This document shows positions 10,201 through 25,200 of a stretch of 64,000 bases of DNA, piece after piece; within the stretch, counting starts at the first letter, position 1, and each line of letters starts with the position of its first letter. Made by a program: the position numbers and the translations under genes. The notes below the pieces were generated by a model. That model had not been told where the DNA came from. It did not search any database and was given only the letters and a program-made list of their open reading frames with translations. The DNA lies in NCBI RefSeq assembly GCF_009914755.1, contig NC_060928.1, one strand, 5' to 3'. The DNA is from the human T2T-CHM13v2.0 reference genome, Homo sapiens.

Positions 10201-13200
10201 AAAAAGGAAATATCTTCTCATAAAAACCAGAAACAAGCATTCTCAGAAACTTCTTTTTGATGTGTGTACTCAAGTAACAGAGTTGAACCTTCCTTTTGAC
10301 ACAGCAGTTTTGAAACAATCTTTTTGTAGAATCTGCAAGTGGATATTTGGATAGCTTTGAGGATTTCGTTGGAAACGGGATATCTTCATATAAAATCTAG
10401 ACAGAAGCATTCTCAGAAACTTCTTTGTGCTGTATGTCCTCAATTAACAGAGTTGAACCATTGCTTGGATACAGCATTTTGGAAACATTCCTTGAGTAGA
10501 ATCTGCAAGTTGATATTTAGATAGATTTGAAGATTTCGTTGGAAAAGGGAATATCTCCATATAAAATCTAGAGGGAAGCATTCTCAGAAACTGCTTTGTG
10601 ATGTTTCCATTCAAGTCACAGAGTTGAATATTCCCTTTTATAGAGCACGTTTGAAACACTCTTTCTGCACTATCTGGAAGTGGACATTTCGAGCGCTTTG
10701 AGGCCTATGGTGAAAAAGGAAATATCTTCCCATAAAAACTAGACAGAAGCATTCTCAGAAACTTGTTTGTGATGTGTGTATTCAACTAACAGAGTTGAAC
10801 TTTTGTTTTTACAGAGCCGTTTTAAAACACTCTTTTTGTGGAATCAGAAAGTGGATATTCGGATGGCTCTGAGGATTTCGTTGGAAGCGGGATTACATAT
10901 AAAATCTAGAGAGAAGCATTCTCAGGAACTTCTTTGTGATGTTTGCATTGAAGTCACAGAATTGAACATTCACTTTGATAGAGCAGGTTTGAAACACTCA
11001 TTCTGTAGTATCTGGAAGTGGACATTTCAAGCGCTTTCAGGCCTATGGTGAGAAAGGAAATATCTTCGAATAAAAACTAGACAGAAGCATCCTCAGAAAC
11101 TTATTTGTGATGTGTGTCCTCAACTAACAGAGTTGAAACTTTGTTTTGATACAGCATTTTGGAAACACTCTTTTTGTAGAATCTGCAGGTGGATATTTGG
11201 ATAGCTTAGAGGGATTCGTTGGAAAGGGGATATCTTCATATAAAATCTAGACAGAAGCATTCTCAGAAACTTATTTGTGATGTGTGTCCTCAACTAACAG
11301 AGTTGAACCTTGGTTTTGATACAGCATTTTGGAAACACTCCTTTTGTAGAATCTGCAGGTGGATATGTGGATAGCTCTGAAGATTTCGTTGGAAACGGGA
11401 ATTTCTTCATATAAAATCAAACAGAAGCATTCTCAGAAACTTCTCAGTGATGTTTGCATTCAGCTCATGGAGTTGAACACTTCCTTTCATAGAGCCGGTT
11501 TGAAACACTCTTTCTGCACTACCTGGAAGAGGACATTTCGAGCGCTTTGAGTCCTATGGTGAAAAAGGAAATATCTTCTCATAAAAACCAGAAAGAAGCA
11601 TTCTCAGAAACTTCTTTGTGTTGTGTGTACTCATGTAACAGTGTTGAACCATCCTTTTGACAGAGCAGTTTTGAAACACTCTTTTTGTAGAATCTGCAAG
11701 TGGATATTTGGATAGCTTTGAGGATTTCGTTGGAAACGGGATGACATATAATATCTAGAGAGAAGCATTCTCAGGAACTTCTTTGTGCTGTTTGCATACA
11801 AGTCACAGAATTGAACATTCCCTTTCATAGAGCAGATTTGAAACACTCTTTCTCTAGTATCTGGAAGTGGGCATTTCAAGCGCTTTCAGGCCTATTGAGA
11901 GAAAGGAAATACCTTCAAATAAAAACTAGACAGAAGCATTCTCAGAAACTTATTTGTGATGTGTGTCCTCAACTAACAGAGTTGAACCTTTGTTTTGATA
12001 CAGCATTTTGGAAACACTCCTTTTGTAGAATCTGCAGGTGGATATTTGGATAGCTTTGAAGATTTCGTTGGAAACCGGAATATCTTCATATAAAATCAAG
12101 ACAGAAGCATTCTCGGAAACATCTCTGTGATGTTTGCATTCAACTCAGTAGAGTTGAACACTTCCTTTCATAGAGCCGGTTTGAAACACTCTTTCTGCAC
12201 TACCTGGAAGCGGACATTTCGAGCGCTTTGAGGCCTATGGTGAAAAAGGAAATATCTTCTCATAAAAACCAGAAAGAAGCATTCTCAGAAACTTCTTTGT
12301 GTTGTGTGTACTCAAGTAACAGTGTTGAACCTTCCTTTTGACACAGCAGTTTTGAAACACTCTTTTGGTAGAATCTGCAAGTGGATATTTGGATAGCTTT
12401 GAGGATTTCGTTGGAAACGGGTTATCTTCATATAAAATCCAGACAGGAGCATTCTCAGAAACTTCTTTGTGCTGCATGTCCTCAATTCACAGAGCTGAAC
12501 CTTTGTTTGGATACAGCATTTTGGAAACATTCCTTTAGTAGAATCTGCAAGTTGATATTTAGATAGCTTTGAAGATTTCGTTGGAAACGGGAATATCTTC
12601 ATAGAAAATCTAGACGGAAGCATTCTCAGAAACTGCTTTGTGATGTTTGCATTCAAGTCACAGAGTTGAATATTCCCTTTTATAGAGTAGGTTTGAAACA
12701 CTCTTTCGGCACTACCTGGAAGTGGATATTTCGAGCTCTTTGAGGCCTATGGTTAAAAGGAAATATCTTCCCATAAAAACTAGACAGAAGCCGTCTCAGA
12801 AACTTGTTTGTGATGTGTGTATTCAACTAACAGAGTTGAACATTTCTGTTACAGAGCAATTTTAAAACACTCTTTTTGTGGAATCTGAAAGTGGATAATT
12901 GGATAGCTTTGTGGATTTCGTTGGAAACGGGATGACGTATAAAATCTAGATTGAAGCATTCTCAGGAACTTCTTTCTGATGTTTGCATTCAAGTCACAGA
13001 ATTGAACATTCCTTTTCATAGTGCAGGTTTGAAACACTCTTTCTGTAGTATCTGGAAGTGGACATTTCAAGCGCTTTCAGGCCTACGGGGAGAAAGGAAA
13101 TATCTTCAAATAAAAACTAGATAGAAGGATTCTCAGAAACTTATTTGTGATGTGTGTCCTAAACGAACACAGTTGAACCTTTGTTTTGATACAGCATTTT

Positions 13201-16200
13201 GGAAACACTCCTTTTGTAGGATCTGCAGGTGGATATTTGGATAGATTTTAAGATTTCGTTGGAAACGGGAGTTTCTTCATAGAAACTCAAGACAGATGCA
13301 TTCTCAGAAACATCTCTGTGATGTTTGCATTCCACTCATAGATTTGAAAACTTCCTTTCATAGAGCAGGTTTGAAACACTCTTTTTGTAATATTTGGAAG
13401 TGGACATTTGCAGCGCTTTGAGGCCTATGGTGAAAAAGGAAATATCTTCTCATAAAAACCAGAAACAAGCATTCTCAGAAACTTCTTTTTGATGTGTGTA
13501 CTCAAGTAACAGAGTTGAACCTTCCTTTTGACACAGCAGTTTTGAAACAATCTTTTTGTAGAATCTGCAAGTGGATATTTGGATAGCTTTGAGGATTTCG
13601 TTGGAAACGGGATATCTTCATATAAAATCTAGACAGAAGCATTCTCAGAAACTTCTTTGTGCTGTATGTCCTCAATTAACAGAGTTGAACCATTGCTTGG
13701 ATACAGCATTTTGGAAACATTCCTTGAGTAGAATCTGCAAGTTGATATTTAGATAGATTTGAAGATTTCGTTGGAAAAGGGAATATCTCCATATAAAATC
13801 TAGAGGGAAGCATTCTCAGAAACTGCTTTGTGATGTTTCCATTCAAGTCACAGAGTTGAATATTCCCTTTTATAGAGCACGTTTGAAACACTCTTTCTGC
13901 ACTATCTGGAAGTGGACATTTCGAGCGCTTTCAGGCCTATGGTGAAAAAGGAAATATCTTCCCATAAAAACTAGACAGAAGCATTCTCAGAAACTTGTTT
14001 GTGATGTGTGTATTCAACTAACAGAGTTGAACTTTTGTTTTTACAGAGCCGTTTTAAAACACTCTTTTTGTGGAATCAGAAAGTGGATATTCGGATGGCT
14101 CTGAGGATTTCGTTGGAAGCGGGAATACATATAAAATCTAGAGAGAAGCATTCTCAGGAACTTCTTTGTGATGTTTGCATTGAAGTCACAGAATTGAACA
14201 TTCACTTTGATAGAGCAGGTTTGAAACACTCATTCTGTAGTATCTGGAAGTGGACATTTCAAGCGCTTTCAGGCCTATGGTGAGAAAGGAAATATCTTCG
14301 AATAAAAACTAGACAGAAGCATCCTCAGAAACTTATTTGTGATGTGTGTCCTCAACTAACAGAGTTGAAACTTTGTTTTGATACAGCATTTTGGAAACAC
14401 TCTTTTTGTAGAATCTGCAGGTGGATATTTGGATAGCTTAGAGGGATTCGTTGGAAAGGGGATATCTTCATATAAAATCTAGACAGAAGCATTCTCAGAA
14501 ACTTATTTGTGATGTGTGTCCTCAACTAACAGAGTTGAACCTTGGTTTTGATACAGCATTTTGGAAACACTCCTTTTGTAGAATCTGCAGGTGGATATGT
14601 GGATAGCTCTGAAGATTTCGTTGGAAACGGGAATTTCTTCATATAAAATCAAACAGAAGCATTCTCAGAAACTTCTCAGTGATGTTTGCATTCAGCTCAT
14701 GGAGTTGAACACTTCCTTTCATAGAGCCGGTTTGAAACACTCTTTCTGCACTACCTGGAAGAGGACATTTCGAGCGCTTTGAGTCCTATGGTGAAAAAGG
14801 AAATATCTTCTCATAAAAACCAGAAAGAAGCATTCTCAGAAACTTCTTTGTGTTGTGTGTACTCATGTAACAGTGTTGAACCATCCTTTTGACAGAGCAG
14901 TTTTGAAACACTCTTTTTGTAGAATCTGCAAGTGGATATTTGGATAGCTTTGAGGATTTCGTTGGAAACGGGATGACATATAATATCTAGAGAGAAGCGT
15001 ACTCAGGAACTTCTTTGTGATGTTTGCATTCAAGTCACAGAATTGAACATTCCCTTTCATAGAGCAGGTTTGAAACACTCTTTCTCTAGTATCTGGAAGT
15101 GGGCATTTCAAGCGCTTTCAGGCCTATGGAGAGAAAGGAAATACCTTCAAATAAAAACTAGACAGAAGCATTCTCAGAAACTTATTTGTGATGTGTGTCC
15201 TCAACTAACAGAGTTGAACCTTTGTTTTGATACAGCATTTTGGAAACACTCCTTTTGTAGAATCTGCAGGTGGATATTTGGATAACTTTGAAGATTTCGT
15301 TGGAAACCGGAATATCTTCATATAAAATCAAGACAGAAGCATTCTCGGAAACATCTCTGTGATGTTTGCATTCAACTCAGTAGAGTTGAACACTTCCTTT
15401 CATAGAGCAGGTTTGAAACACTCTTTCTGCACTACCTGGAAGCGGACATTTCGAGCGCTTTGAGGCCTATGGTGAAAAAGGAAATATCTTCTCATAAAAA
15501 CCAGAAAGAAGCATTCTCAGAAACTTCTTTGTATTGTGTGTACTCAAGTAACAGTGTTGAACCTTCCTTTTGACACAGCAGTTTTGAAACACTCTTTTGG
15601 TAGAATCTGCAAGTGGATATTTGGATAGGTTTGAGGATTTCGTTGGAAACGGGTTATCTTCATATAAAATCCAGACAGGAGCATTCTCAGAAACTTCTTT
15701 GTGCTGCATGTCCTCAATTCACAGAGCTGAACCTTTGTTTGGATACAGCATTTTGGAAACATTCCTTTAGTAGAATCTGCAAGTTGATATTTAGATAGCT
15801 TTGAAGATTTCGTTGGAAACGGGAATATCTTCATAGAAAATCTAGACGGAAGCATTCTCAGAAACTGCTTTGTGATGTTTGCATTCAAGTCACAGAGTTG
15901 AATATTCCCTTTTATAGAGTAGGTTTGAAACACTCTTTCGGCACTACCTGGAAGTGGATATTTCGAGCTCTTTGAGGCCTATGGTTAAAAGGAAATATCT
16001 TCCCATAAAAACTAGACAGAAGCCGTCTCAGAAACTTGTTTGTGATGTGTGTATTCAACTACCAGAGTTGAACATTTCTGTTACAGAGCAATTTTAAAAC
16101 ACTCTTTTTGTGGAATCTGAAAGTGGATAATTGGATAGCTTTGTGGATTTCGTTGGAAACGGGATGACGTATAAAATCTAGAGAGAAGCATTCTCAGGAA

Positions 16201-19200
16201 CTTCTTTCTGATGTTTGCATTCAAGTCACAGAATTGAACATTCCTTTTCATAGTGCAGGTTTGAAACACTCTTTCTGTAGTATCTGGAAGTGGACATTTC
16301 AAGCGCTTTCAGGCCTACGGGGAGAAAGGAAATATCTTCAAATAAAAACTAGACAGAAGGATTCTCAGAAACTTATTTGTGATGTGTGTCCTAAACGAAC
16401 ACAGTTGAACCTTTGTTTTGATACAGCATTTTGGAAACACTCCTTTTGTAGGATCTGCAGGTGGATATTTGGATAGATTTTAAGATTTCGTTGGAAACGG
16501 GAGTTTCTTCATAGAAACTCAAGACAGATGCATTCTCAGAAACATCTCTGTGATGTTTGCATTCCACTCATAGAGTTGAAAACTTCCTTTCATAGAGCAG
16601 GTTTGAAACACTCTTTTTGTAATATTTGGAAGTGGACATTTGCAGCGCTTTGAGGCCTATGGTGAAAAAGGAAATATCTTCTCATAAAAACCAGAAACAA
16701 GCATTCTCAGAAACTTCTTTTTGATGTGTGTACTCAAGTAACAGAGTTGAACCTTCCTTTTGACACAGCAGTTTTGAAACAATCTTTTTGTAGAATCTGC
16801 AAGTGGATATTTGGATAGCTTTGAGGATTTCGTTGGAAACGGGATATCTTCATATAAAATCTAGACAGAAGCATTCTCAGAAACTTCTTTGTGCTGTATG
16901 TCCTCAATTAACAGAGTTGAACCATTGCTTGGATACAGCATTTTGGAAACATTCCTTGAGTAGAATCTGCAAGTTGATATTTAGATAGATTTGAAGATTT
17001 CGTTGGAAAAGGGAATATCTCCATATAAAATCTAGAGGGAAGCATTCTCAGAAACTGCTTTGTGATGTTTCCATTCAAGTCACAGAGTTGAATATTCCCT
17101 TTTATAGAGCACGTTTGAAACACTCTTTCTGCACTATCTGGAAGTGGACATTTCGAGCGCTTTGAGGCCTATGGTGAAAAAGGAAATATCTTCCCATAAA
17201 AACTAGACAGAAGCATTCTCAGAAACTTGTTTGTGATGTGTGTATTCAACTAACAGAGTTGAACTTTTGTTTTTACAGAGCCGTTTTAAAACACTCTTTT
17301 TGTGGAATCAGAAAGTGGATATTCGGATGGCTCTGAGGATTTCGTTGGAAGCGGGATTACATATAAAATCTAGAGAGAAGCATTCTCAGGAACTTCTTTG
17401 TGATGTTTGCATTGAAGTCACAGAATTGAACATTCACTTTGATAGAGCAGGTTTGAAACACTCATTCTGTAGTATCTGGAAGTGGACATTTCAAGCGCTT
17501 TCAGGCCTATGGTGAGAAAGGAAATATCTTCGAATAAAAACTAGACAGAAGCATCCTCAGAAACTTATTTGTGATGTGTGTCCTCAACTAACAGAGTTGA
17601 AACTTTGTTTTGATACAGCATTTTGGAAACACTCTTTTTGTAGAATCTGCAGGTGGATATTTGGATAGCTTAGAGGGATTCGTTGGAAAGGGGATATCTT
17701 CATATAAAATCTAGACAGAAGCATTCTCAGAAACTTATTTGTGATGTGTGTCCTCAACTAACAGAGTTGAACCTTGGTTTTGATACAGCATTTTGGAAAC
17801 GCTCCTTTTGTAGAATCTGCAGGTGGATATGTGGATAGCTCTGAAGATTTCGTTGGAAACGGGAATTTCTTCATATAAAATCAAACAGAAGCATTCTCAG
17901 AAACTTCTCAGTGATGTTTGCATTCAGCTCATGGAGTTGAACACTTCCTTTCATAGAGCCGGTTTGAAACACTCTTTCTGCACTACCTGGAAGAGGACAT
18001 TTCGAGCGCTTTGAGTCCTATGGTGAAAAAGGAAATATCTTCTCATAAAAACCAGAAAGAAGCATTCTCAGAAACTTCTTTGTGTTGTGTGTACTCATGT
18101 AACAGTGTTGAACCATCCTTTTGACAGAGCAGTTTTGAAACACTCTTTTTGTAGAATCTGCAAGTGGATATTTGGATAGCTTTGAGGATTTCGTTGGAAA
18201 CGGGATGACATATAATATCTAGAGAGAAGCATACTCAGGAACTTCTTTGTGATGTTTGCATTCAAGTCACAGAATTGAACATTCCCTTTCATAGAGCAGG
18301 TTTGAAACACTCTTTCTCTAGTATCTGGAAGTGGGCATTTCAAGCGCTTTCAGGCCTATGGAGAGAAAGGAAATACCTTCAAATAAAAACTAGACAGAAG
18401 CATTCTCAGAAACTTATTTGTGATGTGTGTCCTCAACTAACAGAGTTGAACCTTTGTTTTGATACAGCATTTTGGAAACACTCCTTTTGTAGAATCTGCA
18501 GGTGGATATTTGGATAACTTTGAAGATTTCGTTGGAAACCGGAATATCTTCATATAAAATCAAGACAGAAGCATTCTCGGAAACATCTCTGTGATGTTTG
18601 CATTCAACTCAGTAGAGTTGAACACTTCCTTTCATAGAGCAGGTTTGAAACACTCTTTCTGCACTACCTGGAAGCGGACATTTCGAGCGCTTTGAGGCCT
18701 ATGGTGAAAAAGGAAATATCTTCTCATAAAAACCAGAAAGAAGCATTCTCAGAAACTTCTTTGTGTTGTGTGTACTCAAGTAACAGTGTTGAACCTTCCT
18801 TTTGACACAGCAGTTTTGAAACACTCTTTTGGTAGAATCTGCAAGTGGATATTTGGATAGCTTTGAGGATTTCGTTGGAAACGGGTTATCTTCATATAAA
18901 ATCCAGACAGGAGCATTCTCAGAAACTTCTTTGTGCTGCATGTCCTCAATTCACAGAGCTGAACCTTTGTTTGGATACAGCATTTTGGAAACATTCCTTT
19001 AGTAGAATCTGCAAGTTGATATTTAGATAGCTTTGAAGATTTCGTTGGAAACGGGAATATCTTCATAGAAAATCTAGACGGAAGCATTCTCAGAAACTGC
19101 TTTGTGATGTTTGCATTCAAGTCACAGAGTTGAATATTCCCTTTTATAGAGTAGGTTTGAAACACTCTTTCGGCACTACCTGGAAGTGGATATTTCGAGC

Positions 19201-22200
19201 TCTTTGAGGCCTATGGTTAAAAGGAAATATCTTCCCATAAAAACTAGACAGAAGCCGTCTCAGAAACTTGTTTGTGATGTGTGTATTCAACTACCAGAGT
19301 TGAACATTTCTGTTACAGAGCAATTTTAAAACACTCTTTTTGTGGAATCTGAAAGTGGATAATTGGATAGCTTTGTGGATTTCGTTGGAAACGGGATGAC
19401 GTATAAAATCTAGAGAGAAGCATTCTCAGGAACTTCTTTCTGATGTTTGCATTCAAGTCACAGAATTGAACATTCCTTTTCATAGTGCAGGTTTGAAACA
19501 CTCTTTCTGTAGTATCTGGAAGTGGACATTTCAAGCGCTTTCAGGCCTACGGGGAGAAAGGAAATATCTTCAAATAAAAACTAGACAGAAGGATTCTCAG
19601 AAACTTATTTGTGATGTGTGTCCTAAACGAACACAGTTGAACCTTTGTTTTGATACAGCATTTTGGAAACACTCCTTTTGTAGGATCTGCAGGTGGATAT
19701 TTGGATAGATTTTAAGATTTCGTTGGAAACGGGAGTTTCTTCATAGAAACTCAAGACAGATGCATTCTCAGAAACATCTCTGTGATGTTTGCATTCCACT
19801 CATAGAGTTGAAAACTTCCTTTCATAGAGCAGGTTTGAAACACTCTTTTTGTAATATTTGGAAGTGGACATTTGCAGCGCTTTGAGGCCTATGGTGAAAA
19901 AGGAAATATCTTCTCATAAAAACCAGAAACAAGCATTCTCAGAAACTTCTTTTTGATGTGTGTACTCAAGTAACAGAGTTGAACCTTCCTTTTGACACAG
20001 CAGTTTTGAAACAATCTTTTTGTAGAATCTGCAAGTGGATATTTGGATAGCTTTGAGGATTTCGTTGGAAACGGGATATCTTCATATAAAATCTAGACAG
20101 AAGCATTCTCAGAAACTTCTTTGTGCTGTATGTCCTCAATTAACAGAGTTGAACCATTGCTTGGATACAGCATTTTGGAAACATTCCTTGAGTAGAATCT
20201 GCAAGTTGATATTTAGATAGATTTGAAGATTTCGTTGGAAAAGGGAATATCTCCATAGAAAATCTAGAGGGAAGCATTCTCAGAAACTGCTTTGTGATGT
20301 TTCCATTCAAGTCACAGAGTTGAATATTCCCTTTTATAGAGCACGTTTGAAACACTCTTTCTGCACTATCTGGAAGTGGACATTTCGAGCGCTTTGAGGC
20401 CTATGGTGAAAAAGGAAATATCTTCCCATAAAAACTAGACAGAAGCATTCTCAGAAACTTGTTTGTGATGTGTGTATTCAACTAACAGAGTTGAACTTTT
20501 GTTTTTACAGAGCCGTTTTAAAACACTCTTTTTGTGGAATCAGAAAGTGGATATTCGGATGGCTCTGAGGATTTCGTTGGAAGCGGGATTACATATAAAA
20601 TCTAGAGAGAAGCATTCTCAGGAACTTCTTTGTGATGTTTGCATTGAAGTCACAGAATTGAACATTCACTTTGATAGAGCAGGTTTGAAACACTCATTCT
20701 GTAGTATCTGGAAGTGGACATTTCAAGCGCTTTCAGGCCTATGGTGAGAAAGGAAATATCTTCGAATAAAAACTAGACAGAAGCATCCTCAGAAACTTAT
20801 TTGTGATGTGTGTCCTCAACTAACAGAGTTGAAACTTTGTTTTGATACAGCATTTTGGAAACACTCTTTTTGTAGAATCTGCAGGTGGATATTTGGATAG
20901 CTTAGAGGGATTCGTTGGAAAGGGGATATCTTCATATAAAATCTAGACAGAAGCATTCTCAGAAACTTATTTGTGATGTGTGTCCTCAACTAACAGAGTT
21001 GAACCTTGGTTTTGATACAGCATTTTGGAAACGCTCCTTTTGTAGAATCTGCAGGTGGATATGTGGATAGCTCTGAAGATTTCGTTGGAAACGGGAATTT
21101 CTTCATATAAAATCAAACAGAAGCATTCTCAGAAACTTCTCAGTGATGTTTGCATTCAGCTCATGGAGTTGAACACTTCCTTTCATAGAGCCGGTTTGAA
21201 ACACTCTTTCTGCACTACCTGGAAGAGGACATTTCGAGCGCTTTGAGTCCTATGGTGAAAAAGGAAATATCTTCTCATAAAAACCAGAAAGAAGCATTCT
21301 CAGAAACTTCTTTGTGTTGTGTGTACTCATGTAACAGTGTTGAACCATCCTTTTGACAGAGCAGTTTTGAAACACTCTTTTTGTAGAATCTGCAAGTGGA
21401 TATTTGGATAGCTTTGAGGATTTCGTTGGAAACGGGATGACATATAATATCTAGAGAGAAGCATACTCAGGAACTTCTTTGTGATGTTTGCATTCAAGTC
21501 ACAGAATTGAACATTCCCTTTCATAGAGCAGGTTTGAAACACTCTTTCTCTAGTATCTGGAAGTGGGCATTTCAAGCGCTTTCAGGCCTATGGAGAGAAA
21601 GGAAATACCTTCAAATAAAAACTAGACAGAAGCATTCTCAGAAACTTATTTGTGATGTGTGTCCTCAACTAACAGAGTTGAACCTTTGTTTTGATACAGC
21701 ATTTTGGAAACACTCCTTTTGTAGAATCTGCAGGTGGATATTTGGATAACTTTGAAGATTTCGTTGGAAACCGGAATATCTTCATATAAAATCAAGACAG
21801 AAGCATTCTCGGAAACATCTCTGTGATGTTTGCATTCAACTCAGTAGAGTTGAACACTTCCTTTCATAGAGCAGGTTTGAAACACTCTTTCTGCACTACC
21901 TGGAAGCGGACATTTCGAGCGCTTTGAGGCCTATGGTGAAAAAGGAAATATCTTCTCATAAAAACCAGAAAGAAGCATTCTCAGAAACTTCTTTGTGTTG
22001 TGTGTACTCAAGTAACAGTGTTGAACCTTCCTTTTGACACAGCAGTTTTGAAACACTCTTTTGGTAGAATCTGCAAGTGGATATTTGGATAGCTTTGAGG
22101 ATTTCGTTGGAAACGGGTTATCTTCATATAAAATCCAGACAGGAGCATTCTCAGAAACTTCTTTGTGCTGCATGTCCTCAATTCACAGAGCTGAACCTTT

Positions 22201-25200
22201 GTTTGGATACAGCATTTTGGAAACATTCCTTTAGTAGAATCTGCAAGTTGATATTTAGATAGCTTTGAAGATTTCGTTGGAAACGGGAATATCTTCATAG
22301 AAAATCTAGACGGAAGCATTCTCAGAAACTGCTTTGTGATGTTTGCATTCAAGTCACAGAGTTGAATATTCCCTTTTATAGAGTAGGTTTGAAACACTCT
22401 TTCGGCACTACCTGGAAGTGGATATTTCGAGCTCTTTGAGGCCTATGGTTAAAAGGAAATATCTTCCCATAAAAACTAGACAGAAGCCGTCTCAGAAACT
22501 TGTTTGTGATGTGTGTATTCAACTACCAGAGTTGAACATTTCTGTTACAGAGCAATTTTAAAACACTCTTTTTGTGGAATCTGAAAGTGGATAATTGGAT
22601 AGCTTTGTGGATTTCGTTGGAAACGGGATGACGTATAAAATCTAGAGAGAAGCATTCTCAGGAACTTCTTTCTGATGTTTGCATTCAAGTCACAGAATTG
22701 AACATTCCTTTTCATAGTGCAGGTTTGAAACACTCTTTCTGTAGTATCTGGAAGTGGACATTTCAAGCGCTTTCAGGCCTACGGGGAGAAAGGAAATATC
22801 TTCAAATAAAAACTAGACAGAAGGATTCTCAGAAACTTATTTGTGATGTGTGTCCTAAACGAACACAGTTGAACCTTTGTTTTGATACAGCATTTTGGAA
22901 ACACTCCTTTTGTAGGATCTGCAGGTGGATATTTGGATAGATTTTAAGATTTCGTTGGAAACGGGAGTTTCTTCATAGAAACTCAAGACAGATGCATTCT
23001 CAGAAACATCTCTGTGATGTTTGCATTCCACTCATAGAGTTGAAAACTTCCTTTCATAGAGCAGGTTTGAAACACTCTTTTTGTAATATTTGGAAGTGGA
23101 CATTTGCAGCGCTTTGAGGCCTATGGTGAAAAAGGAAATATCTTCTCATAAAAACCAGAAACAAGCATTCTCAGAAACTTCTTTTTGATGTGTGTACTCA
23201 AGTAACAGAGTTGAACCTTCCTTTTGACACAGCAGTTTTGAAACAATCTTTTTGTAGAATCTGCAAGTGGATATTTGGATAGCTTTGAGGATTTCGTTGG
23301 AAACGGGATATCTTCATATAAAATCTAGACAGAAGCATTCTCAGAAACTTCTTTGTGCTGTATGTCCTCAATTAACAGAGTTGAACCATTGCTTGGATAC
23401 AGCATTTTGGAAACATTCCTTGAGTAGAATCTGCAAGTTGATATTTAGATAGATTTGAAGATTTCGTTGGAAAAGGGAATATCTCCATATAAAATCTAGA
23501 GGGAAGCATTCTCAGAAACTGCTTTGTGATGTTTCCATTCAAGTCACAGAGTTGAATATTCCCTTTTATAGAGCACGTTTGAAACACTCTTTCTGCACTA
23601 TCTGGAAGTGGACATTTCGAGCGCTTTGAGGCCTATGGTGAAAAAGGAAATATCTTCCCATAAAAACTAGACAGAAGCATTCTCAGAAACTTGTTTGTGA
23701 TGTGTGTATTCAACTAACAGAGTTGAACTTTTGTTTTTACAGAGCCGTTTTAAAACACTCTTTTTGTGGAATCAGAAAGTGGATATTCGGATGGCTCTGA
23801 GGATTTCGTTGGAAGCGGGATTACATATAAAATCTAGAGAGAAGCATTCTCAGGAACTTCTTTGTGATGTTTGCATTGAAGTCACAGAATTGAACATTCA
23901 CTTTGATAGAGCAGGTTTGAAACACTCATTCTGTAGTATCTGGAAGTGGACATTTCAAGCGCTTTCAGGCCTATGGTGAGAAAGGAAATATCTTCGAATA
24001 AAAACTAGACAGAAGCATCCTCAGAAACTTATTTGTGATGTGTGTCCTCAACTAACAGAGTTGAAACTTTGTTTTGATACAGCATTTTGGAAACACTCTT
24101 TTTGTAGAATCTGCAGGTGGATATTTGGATAGCTTAGAGGGATTCGTTGGAAAGGGGATATCTTCATATAAAATCTAGACAGAAGCATTCTCAGAAACTT
24201 ATTTGTGATGTGTGTCCTCAACTAACAGAGTTGAACCTTGGTTTTGATACAGCATTTTGGAAACACTCCTTTTGTAGAATCTGCAGGTGGATATGTGGAT
24301 AGCTCTGAAGATTTCGTTGGAAACGGGAATTTCTTCATATAAAATCAAACAGAAGCATTCTCAGAAACTTCTCAGTGATGTTTGCATTCAGCTCATGGAG
24401 TTGAACACTTCCTTTCATCGAGCCGGTTTGAAACACTCTTTCTGCACTACCTGGAAGAGGACATTTCGAGCGCTTTGAGTCCTATGGTGAAAAAGGAAAT
24501 ATCTTCTCATAAAAACCAGAAAGAAGCATTCTCAGAAACTTCTTTGTGTTGTGTGTACTCATGTAACAGTGTTGAACCATCCTTTTGACAGAGCAGTTTT
24601 GAAACACTCTTTTTGTAGAATCTGCAAGTGGATATTTGGATAGCTTTGAGGATTTCGTTGGAAACGGGATGACATATAATATCTAGAGAGAAGCATTCTC
24701 AGGAACTTCTTTGTGCTGTTTGCATTCAAGTCACAGAATTGAACAATCCCTTTCATAGAGCAGATTTGAAACACTCTTTCTCTAGTATCTGGAAGTGGGC
24801 ATTTCAAGCGCTTTCAGGCCTATTGAGAGAAAGGAAATACCTTCAAATAAAAACTAGACAGAAGCATTCTCAGAAACTTATTTGTGATGTGTGTCCTCAA
24901 CTAACAGAGTTGAACCTTTGTTTTGATACAGCATTTTGGAAACACTCCTTTTGTAGAATCTGCAGGTGGATATTTGGATAGCTTTGAAGATTTCGTTGGA
25001 AACCGGAATATCTTCATATAAAATCAAGACAGAAGCATTCTCGGAAACATCTCTGTGATGTTTGCATTCAACTCAGTAGAGTTGAACACTTCCTTTCATA
25101 GAGCCGGTTTGAAACACTCTTTCTGCACTACCTGGAAGCGGACATTTCGAGCGCTTTGAGGCCTATGGTGAAAAAGGAAATATCTTCTCATAAAAACCAG

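Noticed and set aside
24382-24588. Unique 68 aa ORF present only in U9
   Set aside because: It is created by one private SNP (24419, TAG>TCG) that removes a stop codon; there is no sign of function.
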